A stretch of 64,000 nt of DNA from NCBI GenBank assembly GCA_019654055.1, contig BPDA01000003.1, positions 161 through 64,160 on the forward strand, given 5' to 3'. The notes beneath the pieces were generated by a model. It ran no database searches. It was not told the origin of the DNA and saw nothing but the letters and a program-made list of their open reading frames with translations. Origin of the DNA: Methanobacteriota archaeon (GTDB lineage: Archaea; Thermoplasmatota; Poseidoniia; Poseidoniales; Thalassarchaeaceae). The translations under genes and the position numbers were made by a program. Shown here piece by piece: positions 34,256 to 42,600 of the stretch (positions within the stretch are counted from its first letter, which is position 1; every line of letters starts with the position of its first letter).

Positions 34256-35868
34256 AGGGTAACTTCTACGAGGACTGCGAGATTTACGCCGACGGTAGCG
34301 GGGGGTGCTATGCCTACGTATCCAGTTACAACCAGTTCGAGATTCTAGACATCAGCAACCCAAACAACATACAATTGCTTTCAACGTACTACGCCGAGAT
34401 TGCCCGGATGATTGACATCAAGGTCACTCCAGATAACAACTGGGTGCTGGTAAATCACGAGTTGACCAACAGTGAGCTCGACCCGATACCCAACGACGAC
34501 GATGCCAACAGTGGGATGAATCGCCTCGATGTCATCTATGTCGGCGACAAGACCAGTCCAGTCAAGGTCGCCGAGTGGAACAACCCTCCTGCCGGCTTCC
34601 ACAATCAGGATGTTCACGTCTACTGCGACTGGGACCCGGCCAACCCACTGTGGTCCGGCGAGGAGTGTCACCTGTTCCTGTTCGGAGCCGACCCTTACCC
34701 CGAACTCGTAGCAGGCGGCGGTCCCGTCAAGGGCACACAGGTGTTCTACGTCCCTCTTGGCTTCGAGGCATGGACCTGCTGGGACTGTAACGATGAGCAA
34801 CAAAACTCGAGTCGAGAGATACTCCGATGGGGCGCCTACACGCCAGAGGGTCAGACCACATGCGGCGGCTCGGTGTTCAATCACGACCACGTGTTCTTCG
34901 TCCACCCTGTGACCAAGCAGAAGCTTCTGATTGCATCTTACTGGGATGCTGGTCTGAGGATCGTGGATGTCACCGAGCCACCAGATGTGGCTGACTCGAT
35001 GGGAATTACATGGCCACAGGAAATAGGTCGGTGGCTGGGGTGTTCATCTGATGACAGCGGGTGGTACGGCCCCGACGGAGGAGGACATGCCGACATGTCT
35101 GCCGAAGAGTGGCTCGACGCTGGTCAGGGCAACGGCAACATCCACTATGCAATTCCGTTCAAGAATCTAGTCTGCGACGGCATCAGCGAATATGATCCCG
35201 TGTCAGAATGGCCTGCCAGTTGCGGAACCGGGCCCGAAGATGCTAGCTACGGTCAGAATTGGAGGCACTACACGATTATCGCCCCAGAATACGGCTCTAA
35301 CGACAATCACACAGGATACCTATGGACTATTGATACTACAGATCCAACCAAGCCGTTCCTCGTCTCAAAATGGAGACTTCCGGGCCAGGGCATGCTTGCC
35401 AACGGCAGTAGCCACCCGCAGCACTACATCCCTGGCGGCTACATCTACAGTCCGCACAATGGTGACATCGGGCCCAACGGTCACGCTTACTGGACCCACT
35501 ACCACGCAGGTGCTTGGTTAACCGATCATGGCCATACTTGGGACGAGTTGGTATGGGAAAACAGCTACCCCGAACCCGATAGGGGCTTCAAGGCGATAGT
35601 CGATCTGGCTCCGACCCACACCGTGGGATACTACTTGCCTTCGGGCCCAGAGTGGTCGGACAACGCCAGCGAGGAGCTGGGTTACGACATGGCAGACTGC
35701 TGGGCCTCCTGCATGATTCCATTCGACTGGGGGCTGCAGTACGATCCGAGGGGTTTCGTGCTAATCTCCGAGATGGTCAGTGGCATCTACGTCGTGCAGT
35801 TCGACGAGGACTACGACCCACGTTACCACTACCCGGCCCTGTGGCAGGCCGAGGCGAGCGATGAGTGA
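34195..35868 (+). CDS. LVIVD-repeat beta-propeller protein, C-terminal fragment (authentic from ~34232)
   Basis: FEILDISNPNN, LDVIYVGDKTSP, GLRIVDVTEPPD and GIYVVQFDE. Paralogous to 32091..33836. Confidence 0.65.
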   Translation: MLPRVEERRPDSGDNSEIAIEGNFYEDCEIYADGSGGCYAYVSSYNQFEILDISNPNNIQLLSTYYAEIARMIDIKVTPDNNWVLVNHELTNSELDPIPNDDDANSGMNRLDVIYVGDKTSPVKVAEWNNPPAGFHNQDVHVYCDWDPANPLWSGEECHLFLFGADPYPELVAGGGPVKGTQVFYVPLGFEAWTCWDCNDEQQNSSREILRWGAYTPEGQTTCGGSVFNHDHVFFVHPVTKQKLLIASYWDAGLRIVDVTEPPDVADSMGITWPQEIGRWLGCSSDDSGWYGPDGGGHADMSAEEWLDAGQGNGNIHYAIPFKNLVCDGISEYDPVSEWPASCGTGPEDASYGQNWRHYTIIAPEYGSNDNHTGYLWTIDTTDPTKPFLVSKWRLPGQGMLANGSSHPQHYIPGGYIYSPHNGDIGPNGHAYWTHYHAGAWLTDHGHTWDELVWENSYPEPDRGFKAIVDLAPTHTVGYYLPSGPEWSDNASEELGYDMADCWASCMIPFDWGLQYDPRGFVLISEMVSGIYVVQFDEDYDPRYHYPALWQAEASDE

Positions 35869-35877
35869 GTTGATTCT

Positions 35878-36414
35878 ATGCGCGTGAAGGCGCTTGCCGT
35901 GATACTCGTAGTGACTCTGCTGATGCCTACTGCGGTTGCGCACGGGGCAAACACATTCTCATTCATCATGAGGAACCAGTCCATTCAGCCTGACACGGCA
36001 CAGGTTCTGCAGAATGATACCCTGATCTTCGTCAACACGGCAGACTATGACCGAAACGTGCTGATTGACGCGGACGGGGATGGGGTCGAGGAGATGAACT
36101 GCATCGCTGGCCCCTCTAACTCATCCTCCACTGATGACGAGTGTTACCTGTGGCTGGACCCAGCCAACTGGACTCAGGGGGAGTACGAGGTGAGGATCCA
36201 TTCGAACGGCAGCCTGTGGCAGACGATCTCACTGACTGTGGTGCTAGACGACCACACGGAGACCCTGCCGCCAGAAGGCTTCACATTCGGCCCGGACCCG
36301 AGCGAGCCTGAGGAGGATGATTCGAGTGTGCTGCTGAGTGCCGCGGTTCTCATGGCCGGTGCCGCGGCGTTCGTCTGGGTTGTTCGCAACGTCAAGGGAG
36401 ATGAGGCAGAGTGA
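35878..36414 (+). CDS. secreted, C-terminally TM-anchored cupredoxin-like protein; predicted mature N-terminus His
   Basis: Signal MRVKALAVILVVTLLMPTAVA followed by HGANTF. Core DTLIFVNTADYDRNVLIDADGDGVEE. C-terminal TM VLLSAAVLMAGAAAFVWVV. Starts 10 nt after the upstream stop. Confidence 0.55.
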   Translation: MRVKALAVILVVTLLMPTAVAHGANTFSFIMRNQSIQPDTAQVLQNDTLIFVNTADYDRNVLIDADGDGVEEMNCIAGPSNSSSTDDECYLWLDPANWTQGEYEVRIHSNGSLWQTISLTVVLDDHTETLPPEGFTFGPDPSEPEEDDSSVLLSAAVLMAGAAAFVWVVRNVKGDEAE

Positions 36415-37142
36415 AGCGGGCACTGGCTGTTCTGGTGGCTGCCAGCGTCATTCTGGCAGGATGCCTAGGAGATGCTGAATCCGACGTGTTCTACGGCGAA
36501 GACATCAACCCGCCGGTTCCCGCAGATGACTTCGTCCTAGTCGACGAGAACGGAGATTACTACTCGTTGTACCAATTGCAGGGCAAGGTAATCGTGGTCG
36601 CCTTCCTCTTCACGAGGTGTCCCGACATATGCCCGATAGTCAGCGCGAACCTCGACTTCGTCTCAGAGGAACTCGGCGATAAATTCGGCTCCGAGGTCGC
36701 CATATTGTCGATTACCGTCGACCCTTGGGCGGATAACTCAAGCGTGTTATCGGCCTATGCCGAGCAGAGGGGGCTGGACTGGCCCCATCTGACGACTTCA
36801 GACCCCAGCGACCTCTCCGAACTCGAGGAAGTATGGAGGAACTTCGGCGTAGGACTCGAAGTATACAACTCAGACGAGGACTCGGATGGGGTGGTCGACG
36901 GCTTCGACACCTGTCCGGGAACTCCCGAGGGTGAGTCGGTCGACGACAACGGCTGCGGCCTGGAGACCCAGCAGACCGAAGGCGACGTCAAGGTGATGCA
37001 CCACCCGCTGACATACTGGGTGGGCCACGAGACCGGGACGATTATCATCGACAAGCAGATGCACCAGAGGGTCTGGTGGGGCGACAACGACTGGAATGTG
37101 GAGTTGGTACTCGAGGACATCTACCTCCTACTGGAGGAGTGA
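36411..37142 (+). CDS. Sco1/SenC-family thioredoxin-fold copper chaperone lipoprotein with D/C-rich insert
   Basis: Lipobox ASVILAGC. GKVIVVAFLFTRCPDICP (C-x-x-x-C). A conserved His lies in VMHHPLTYWVGHETGTIIID. Insert DSDGVVDGFDTCPGTPEGESVDDNGCG. The start overlaps the upstream stop by 4 nt. Confidence 0.8.
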   Translation: MKRALAVLVAASVILAGCLGDAESDVFYGEDINPPVPADDFVLVDENGDYYSLYQLQGKVIVVAFLFTRCPDICPIVSANLDFVSEELGDKFGSEVAILSITVDPWADNSSVLSAYAEQRGLDWPHLTTSDPSDLSELEEVWRNFGVGLEVYNSDEDSDGVVDGFDTCPGTPEGESVDDNGCGLETQQTEGDVKVMHHPLTYWVGHETGTIIIDKQMHQRVWWGDNDWNVELVLEDIYLLLEE

Positions 37143-38231
37143 GTGATGCGCCAAGGGATAATCGCCGTACTGCTCGCCAGCATGCTGGTGCTACCCGGGT
37201 GCATAGCGTCCGATGACGGCGTCGAGTTGTATGGCGTCGAGTACAGGGAACCACCAGATGCACCGGACTTCACGCTATTCGATCAGAACGGGGACCCGTT
37301 CACGCTCTCCGAGCACGAGGGTAAGGTCGTGGTTGTCGCGTTCGTCTACACCTCGTGCCCCGACATCTGTCTCGTGATCTCAGCCAACCTGGACTACATC
37401 GGCCAGAACCTCGCTGGCTACTCCGATGATGTCGTCATCGTCTCGGTGACCATCGACCCCGCTCGCGACACTGTGAGCCACCTGGCGGAGTGGACCGAGC
37501 AGATGAGCTATGACTGGTACCACCTGACCGGACCGACAGCCACCCTGCAGGACACGTACAGATCCTGGAACGTGATTGTCGACAACGAGCACATCAACGC
37601 CAGCCAGCCGCCTGAGGAAGGTACGAATCGAATCGCGGTCCTATACCCGGACAACTCCTCCTTCCACCACGATGAGGTCGGGGCTGGACTGAGTGCGAGC
37701 GACTTCGCGATTCAGGCCTTCAATGACTCGAACATCAGCTACGACATGAGCGAGGGGCTCATTGGGGACTGGCAGTCTGGTGACGAATGGTCCTGGGTCC
37801 TGCACCTCTGGGACATCGATAACGAGTCCTGGGTACCCACCGAGTGGGACATCTCATCCATCTCCCTAGATGCTGGGACTCATCTGGCCTGGGCAGCCAG
37901 CAACGCCGACATGGGGAGCCTACCTCCGGGAGTGGAATGCAACGGCCATGGCTGGGTGATGGGTTCGGGAGGTGGGGCCCACTGCATGTGCGACGAGGGC
38001 TATGAGAGGCCCGATGGCGACTGGTTGGCATGCGTGGCCGAGGGTACCGGTAGCAGCGGCCAGAGTAACGGCGCAGACCCTCACGAAGAGTCCCTCGGGG
38101 AGTACGAGGTCGGCCACTCTACGGTTACCTTCGTCCTCGACAAACAACTGCGCAAGCGCGTCGCCTATTCAGGAATCGACTGGGGTGTCGATGATTTCCT
38201 CCACGATCTCAAAGCGCTGGCAGACGAGTGA
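37143..38231 (+). CDS. Sco1/SenC-family lipoprotein with ~170-aa insertion containing an EGF-like Cys pattern
   Basis: Lipobox LVLPGC. GKVVVVAFVYTSCPDICL. The distal GHSTVTFVLDKQ strand is present. The insert includes ECNGHGWVMGSGGGAHCMCDEGYERPDGDWLAC. Starts directly after the upstream stop. Confidence 0.75.
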   Translation: MMRQGIIAVLLASMLVLPGCIASDDGVELYGVEYREPPDAPDFTLFDQNGDPFTLSEHEGKVVVVAFVYTSCPDICLVISANLDYIGQNLAGYSDDVVIVSVTIDPARDTVSHLAEWTEQMSYDWYHLTGPTATLQDTYRSWNVIVDNEHINASQPPEEGTNRIAVLYPDNSSFHHDEVGAGLSASDFAIQAFNDSNISYDMSEGLIGDWQSGDEWSWVLHLWDIDNESWVPTEWDISSISLDAGTHLAWAASNADMGSLPPGVECNGHGWVMGSGGGAHCMCDEGYERPDGDWLACVAEGTGSSGQSNGADPHEESLGEYEVGHSTVTFVLDKQLRKRVAYSGIDWGVDDFLHDLKALADE

Positions 38232-38234
38232 TTC

Positions 38235-39164
38235 ATGGGTTCGTTTCAAGAATCCGCCCCTTATGGGGCGGATGTGGCTGACGACGGCGTCGCTCGCTCG
38301 CTTTTCCTCGCAGGGCTGATGGTTGTCAGCGTAATGGTCGGCATTCTGTTCTTCGATGTCGAGAAGGAGGGGCAGAACCTCGCTCCAATCATCGAAGGCG
38401 AAATCCCCTCCAACATCCTCTTCGGAAGCATCGACTCGCTGAGCTTGAGCATCACGGATGAGGAGATGGGAGGGTTGACGGTGACCGCCACGCTCGACGA
38501 GAATCCCATTCAGGATATGATGGATGCAGACGGCAATCTCATCATTGACATCTCCGAGCTCAAAATGGGCAGTCACGTAATCAAGGTGGAGGCAACAGAC
38601 AGTCTCGGGCAGGAGTCTAGGTGGACCACGGTATTCATCATCGAGTACCCCGATGAGGGTTTCACGGTGATAGTGGTCAGCAGCAACGAGATATTCGTCG
38701 AGCGTGGCAACGGCACCACTGTCTCTGGGGTCTTGGTCCACCAGAGCATGGAGACCTGCGAGCTAGGGTGGTCTGACGGCAACGTGGACGAGTTCAGCCT
38801 GAACCTGCCTTACGACGAGAACGGGAGGTTCGATCTGGAGTTCTCCGACATTCAGGAGAACCTGACGATATCAGTCAGGGGTACCTGTGGGACATGGGTC
38901 GACTCTTCCGAGACCGAGGTGTTCAACATCACAGTCACCGAACCCGCCGAACAGCCTGAGCCGGCTCGCGGGTGCACCGACCCGGGAGCCAACAACTACG
39001 ACGAGAGCGCCGAGGAAGACGATGGGTCGTGCACCTACGATGAGGAGCCCGAGCCCAGCAGAGGATGCACCGACCCGGAGGCCAACAACTACGACGAGAG
39101 CGCCGAGGAAGACGACGGGACGTGCACCTACGACGAAGAGTCAGAGCCCGAGCCGGTTTCCTGA
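38235..39164 (+). CDS. N-terminally TM-anchored Ig-like-domain protein with two C-terminal GCTD..NYD..DDG.C.Y modules
   Basis: TM LFLAGLMVVSVMVGILFF. Beta-rich Ig-like segments (HVIKVEATDSLGQES). Tandem RGCTDPGANNYDESAEEDDGSCTYDEEPEP and RGCTDPEANNYDESAEEDDGTCTYDEESEP. Confidence 0.55.
   Translation: MGSFQESAPYGADVADDGVARSLFLAGLMVVSVMVGILFFDVEKEGQNLAPIIEGEIPSNILFGSIDSLSLSITDEEMGGLTVTATLDENPIQDMMDADGNLIIDISELKMGSHVIKVEATDSLGQESRWTTVFIIEYPDEGFTVIVVSSNEIFVERGNGTTVSGVLVHQSMETCELGWSDGNVDEFSLNLPYDENGRFDLEFSDIQENLTISVRGTCGTWVDSSETEVFNITVTEPAEQPEPARGCTDPGANNYDESAEEDDGSCTYDEEPEPSRGCTDPEANNYDESAEEDDGTCTYDEESEPEPVS
38967..39152 (+). repeat. 93-bp tandem duplication (2 copies) encoding the 31-aa Cys module
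   Basis: gccaacaactacgacgagagcgccgaggaagacga is identical at 38988 and 39081, and the flanking bases are near-identical. Confidence 0.85.
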
Positions 39165-39236
39165 TTGCCGTCCCATATAATCTAGGTCCGCCCTTAGATG
39201 GTGTCGGACTTCTGCTCGCTGTGGCTGCGGTCGGGC

Positions 39237-40727
39237 TCAGAGGATTGGCATCCGGCGCAGCTTCTCCAAATCGGGCAGGTACAACTCGCGGATGTCATCC
39301 AACTCCAGAGTGAGCATAGCCAAGCGCTCCAGACCCAAGCCCCACGCGCAAACAGGCCACTCCGTACCGAGTGGCTCGGTGACTTCAGGTCGGAAGATGC
39401 CTGAGCCGCCCAACTCGAGCCATTCGCCCTTCCACATGACGTCCACCTCAACGCTAGGCTCGGTGTAGGGGAAGTAGGCGGGCCGCACCCTGACGTCTGG
39501 GAAACCCATCTTCGAGTAGAATGTCTTCAGAGTCGAGATTAGCATCGGCAGGTTCGCCTCGGCCTCGTGGATGATGCCCTCAATCTGGTAGAACTCCGGC
39601 AGATGCGTCCGGTCGATTGACTCCTGACGAAACACCCTTCCAATCCCGAACACACGGCATGGCTGATGCGGGTTATCGGCGATGTGTCGGACAGTGTTGA
39701 CGGTCGTGTGCGTCCTCAGGAGTGCCTTCCTCGCCTCGTCCCTGTCGAATTCTCCTCCCCAGCCCCTGCTCCCGGTGTCGTGGCCATGCTCGTGTACTTT
39801 GGCCCAGAGATCCAGGTACTCGGAATCGACCTCGACCTGCTCGGGCTCCGAGAGATAGAAGGTATCCTGCATGGTCCGTGCCGGGTGGGACTGGGGGATG
39901 AACAGGGCATCCATGTTCCACCCCGCTGACTGCACGAAGTCGCCCTCGATCTCGGAGAATCCCATCTCGAGGAACACCGAGCGAATCGTCTCGATTAGTG
40001 CCTGCATAGGGTGCGGCCTCCCACCCGAGGGAGTGGGTGCGGGAGCGTTGACGTCGAACGGCTTGAATCTCGCACCCCTCCATTCGTCGCCTTGTAGCAG
40101 CTCCGGGGTGACGTCACCGATCATCTCGACCTCGTCGAGGGTCGACGAGTCGACGGACGATCCGGCCTCAGTGAGGGTCCAACTCCTAGAAACCCGCTGC
40201 TCCACCACAATCAGGCCCTTGCGAGATGAGAAGTGGCTGACCATTTCGGCATCCAGTTCCGACTCGTCCATGGGGCCGTCGGCCAGTAATCCGACAAAGG
40301 CGGTCCTCTGCTCGATGGCAGAATCCACCGTGCCCTCGTCATCGACAACAAAGCGACCGTTCTCGAGACTTATTCCGAGGACCTTTAGCAAGCCCACTCC
40401 TGGGCCGGCCTCGTTGCGCTCAAACTCAGACGAGAGCGTGGCCATCGTCCTGCTGTCCGGGTCCTGCTCCCTGAGCCAGCCCCATAGTCGATCCTCCAGC
40501 AGTCCCTCAGTTGCCGCAGACTTGCCCTCCTCGCCCAGAGACACGGAGCTCACTCGCTCCTCCGAGACCTCGGCCAGACCGAACTCCTCGAGGCCGGCAC
40601 CGGCTCCCGCTACGTGCACCTGGTCATCCCAACCCGTTGCAGACAGCAGCTGTCCGAGCGACCATGTGCGATTGGGTTCAGACAGCATCGCACGAAGCAT
40701 GCGACGCTCGTTGTTGCCCAGATCCAC
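39237..40727 (-). CDS. pheS: phenylalanine--tRNA ligase alpha subunit (archaeal type)
   Basis: 496 aa with class-II motifs (HPARTMQDTFYL, RTHTTVNTVR, GRVFRQESIDRTHLPEFYQIEG, GLGLERL) and an N-terminal wHTH-rich extension as in archaeal PheS. Confidence 0.92.
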   Translation of the reverse strand: MDLGNNERRMLRAMLSEPNRTWSLGQLLSATGWDDQVHVAGAGAGLEEFGLAEVSEERVSSVSLGEEGKSAATEGLLEDRLWGWLREQDPDSRTMATLSSEFERNEAGPGVGLLKVLGISLENGRFVVDDEGTVDSAIEQRTAFVGLLADGPMDESELDAEMVSHFSSRKGLIVVEQRVSRSWTLTEAGSSVDSSTLDEVEMIGDVTPELLQGDEWRGARFKPFDVNAPAPTPSGGRPHPMQALIETIRSVFLEMGFSEIEGDFVQSAGWNMDALFIPQSHPARTMQDTFYLSEPEQVEVDSEYLDLWAKVHEHGHDTGSRGWGGEFDRDEARKALLRTHTTVNTVRHIADNPHQPCRVFGIGRVFRQESIDRTHLPEFYQIEGIIHEAEANLPMLISTLKTFYSKMGFPDVRVRPAYFPYTEPSVEVDVMWKGEWLELGGSGIFRPEVTEPLGTEWPVCAWGLGLERLAMLTLELDDIRELYLPDLEKLRRMPIL

Positions 40728-40801
40728 CTCATCACCCCGGGACTTGCCGAATTAAGCCGTCCACTTGATGCTTGCCGACGCGCCGCCCCTAGGGGCGGCG
40801 T

Positions 40802-41278
40802 TTACTCCTCCTCGGACTCCCATAGGAGGGTGGAACAGGAACTGCACGAATGGCTGCTGGGCTTCCGCCCGTCGATCCAGTCGATGTTGCCGCACCTACC
40901 GCAGAGCACCGAGGTCCTGATTGGGGACTCAAGGGTGGTGTCGACTCGGTACATCGCCCGCCCCGCGTCCGGCATCGTGGTGGAATCGGGCTCCCACGCA
41001 GCGACCTTCTCCGGGTCCACGTTCTCCTCGACTGCCATTCCGAGTCCGACTACCAGCAGAACGATTCCGGCTATTGCCAAGGGGGCTGCGACTGCGATGG
41101 CGAAGGCCGAGGCGCCAGATGAGAGGGTGATTCCGCTGCTGAGAGCGATGCACGCCCATGCGGCTAGTACCGTGTTGGTCCTCATGTTGCTCCGGGGGGC
41201 CGTTCGCACGGCCGTTCGAGAGGTCGCGGGTGCATGAAGATGGCCCTGCGAGTCCCGTTTGGTGGATGTAGGGTTCAA
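40802..41278 (-). CDS. hypothetical membrane protein with C-terminal zinc ribbon
   Basis: Two TM segments (VLAAWACIALSSGITL; AVAAPLAIAGIVLLVVGLGMA) and a Cys4 motif (CGRCG...CSSC). The start is uncertain; an internal MRTNTVL is possible. Confidence 0.4.
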   Translation of the reverse strand: MNPTSTKRDSQGHLHAPATSRTAVRTAPRSNMRTNTVLAAWACIALSSGITLSSGASAFAIAVAAPLAIAGIVLLVVGLGMAVEENVDPEKVAAWEPDSTTMPDAGRAMYRVDTTLESPIRTSVLCGRCGNIDWIDGRKPSSHSCSSCSTLLWESEEE

Positions 41279-41305
41279 GAGTCCGAGTCCGTCGTCTTGG
41301 AGCGC

Positions 41306-41382
<77 letters not shown>

Positions 41383-41430
41383 AAACTCCACTGTGAAAGG
41401 TCAAAGTGCGAGTCGCCCCGGGAGTCGGTC

Positions 41431-42282
41431 ATGGGCGCGGTAGTGGTCGATGGGAAGGCACTGGCACTTGGCCTCGAGGAGGGGCTGAGGGAGCGGGTCG
41501 AGGCCCTCAAGCAGAACGAGATCGTGCCACATCTTGCCGTGGTCATCGCCGGTGACGATCCAGCAAGCCATGTCTACGTGCGAAACAAGCAGCGAGCCTG
41601 CGAGAGATGTGGTATCCTCAGCACCCGTATCGACCTGCCGTCCAACGCCACCCAAGAGAGTGTGCTCGAAGTCGTCGCCAATCTGAACTCAGATTCCTCG
41701 GTGCATGGTATTCTGGTCCAGAGTCCAGTCCCCGAGGGAGTCGCCGAACTAGTAATCGCATCGGCGATCTCTCCGGAAAAGGACGTCGATGGGTTTCACC
41801 CCACCAACCTCGGAAGGCTGGTGCAGGGCGATGCCAGCGGTCTGCTACCCTGCACTCCATCAGGAGTGCTGATGATGCTCGAGCAGAGCGGTGCGAGGCT
41901 GAGCGGTGCTAAGGCGGTTGTTCTTGGGCGCTCGAGGATAGTCGGCATGCCGATGGCCCTCATGCTGGCTCAGCGAGGAGTCGATGCCACGGTGACGATC
42001 GTACACTCTAGGACCGAGGACGCGCCCGCGTTGTGCCGAGAGGCCGACATAGTCGTGGCAGCCATCGGCAGGCCTCACACTGTGAAGGAGGACTGGATTA
42101 AGTCTGGTGCCTTCGTTGCCGACGTGGGCATATCGAGGACTGGTGATGGAGGCATCGCCGGCGATGTCGATCCCGGAGTGAGCGAGGTAGCGGGCTGGTT
42201 GACTCCGGTACCGGGTGGAGTTGGTCCGATGACCATCGCTATGCTGATGATGAACACGGTCAGGGCGGCCGAGTCGTCCTAG
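41431..42282 (+). CDS. folD: bifunctional 5,10-methylenetetrahydrofolate dehydrogenase/cyclohydrolase
   Basis: 283 aa with motifs ASHVYVRNKQRAC, HGILVQSPVP, DVDGFHPTNLGRL, PCTPSGV and GGVGPMTIAMLMMNT. Confidence 0.95.
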   Translation: MGAVVVDGKALALGLEEGLRERVEALKQNEIVPHLAVVIAGDDPASHVYVRNKQRACERCGILSTRIDLPSNATQESVLEVVANLNSDSSVHGILVQSPVPEGVAELVIASAISPEKDVDGFHPTNLGRLVQGDASGLLPCTPSGVLMMLEQSGARLSGAKAVVLGRSRIVGMPMALMLAQRGVDATVTIVHSRTEDAPALCREADIVVAAIGRPHTVKEDWIKSGAFVADVGISRTGDGGIAGDVDPGVSEVAGWLTPVPGGVGPMTIAMLMMNTVRAAESS

Positions 42283-42593
42283 AACACTCCCAACTCGAAC
42301 CTAGCGTCCTCGCTGGCGTGGACACGGGGGTCCCAAGGCGGGGAGAACGTCAGATTCACGTGGACGCTGTCCACTCCCTCCGTAGCTAGGGCCGAGCGAT
42401 GCACTGCGGACATTATCTCGGGGGCGACGGGGCATCCCGGACTGGTCAGAGTCATGTCTATTTCTGCGTGCGCGCCTTCTTCGCCATCCTCGATCCTGAT
42501 TGCGTAAATCAGGCCGAGCTCAGTCACTGACATCTTCATTTCCGGGTCCTCGACGTCACCGAGTGACTGCATTATCTCCGACTCTTCTACCAT
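42279..42593 (-). CDS. DUF59/MIP18-family Fe-S assembly protein (SufT-like)
   Basis: 104 aa with VEDPEMKMSVTELGLIY and MTLTSPGCPVAPEI, typical of DUF59. Sits downstream of sufS-sufE. Confidence 0.8.
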   Translation of the reverse strand: MVEESEIMQSLGDVEDPEMKMSVTELGLIYAIRIEDGEEGAHAEIDMTLTSPGCPVAPEIMSAVHRSALATEGVDSVHVNLTFSPPWDPRVHASEDARFELGVF

Positions 42594-42600
42594 ATCTTCC

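Noticed and set aside
32091-36414. Split nitrous-oxide-reductase-like enzyme (His-rich beta-propeller plus separate cupredoxin plus Sco/SenC, reminiscent of NosZ with its accessory factors).
   Set aside because: The D-x-H-H-x-H-type CuZ ligand motifs are not colinear, since the only DHH lies near the C-terminus of the propeller. The small proteins lack a CuA-type C-x-x-x-C-x-x-x-M site. No nosDFYL-like genes are present.
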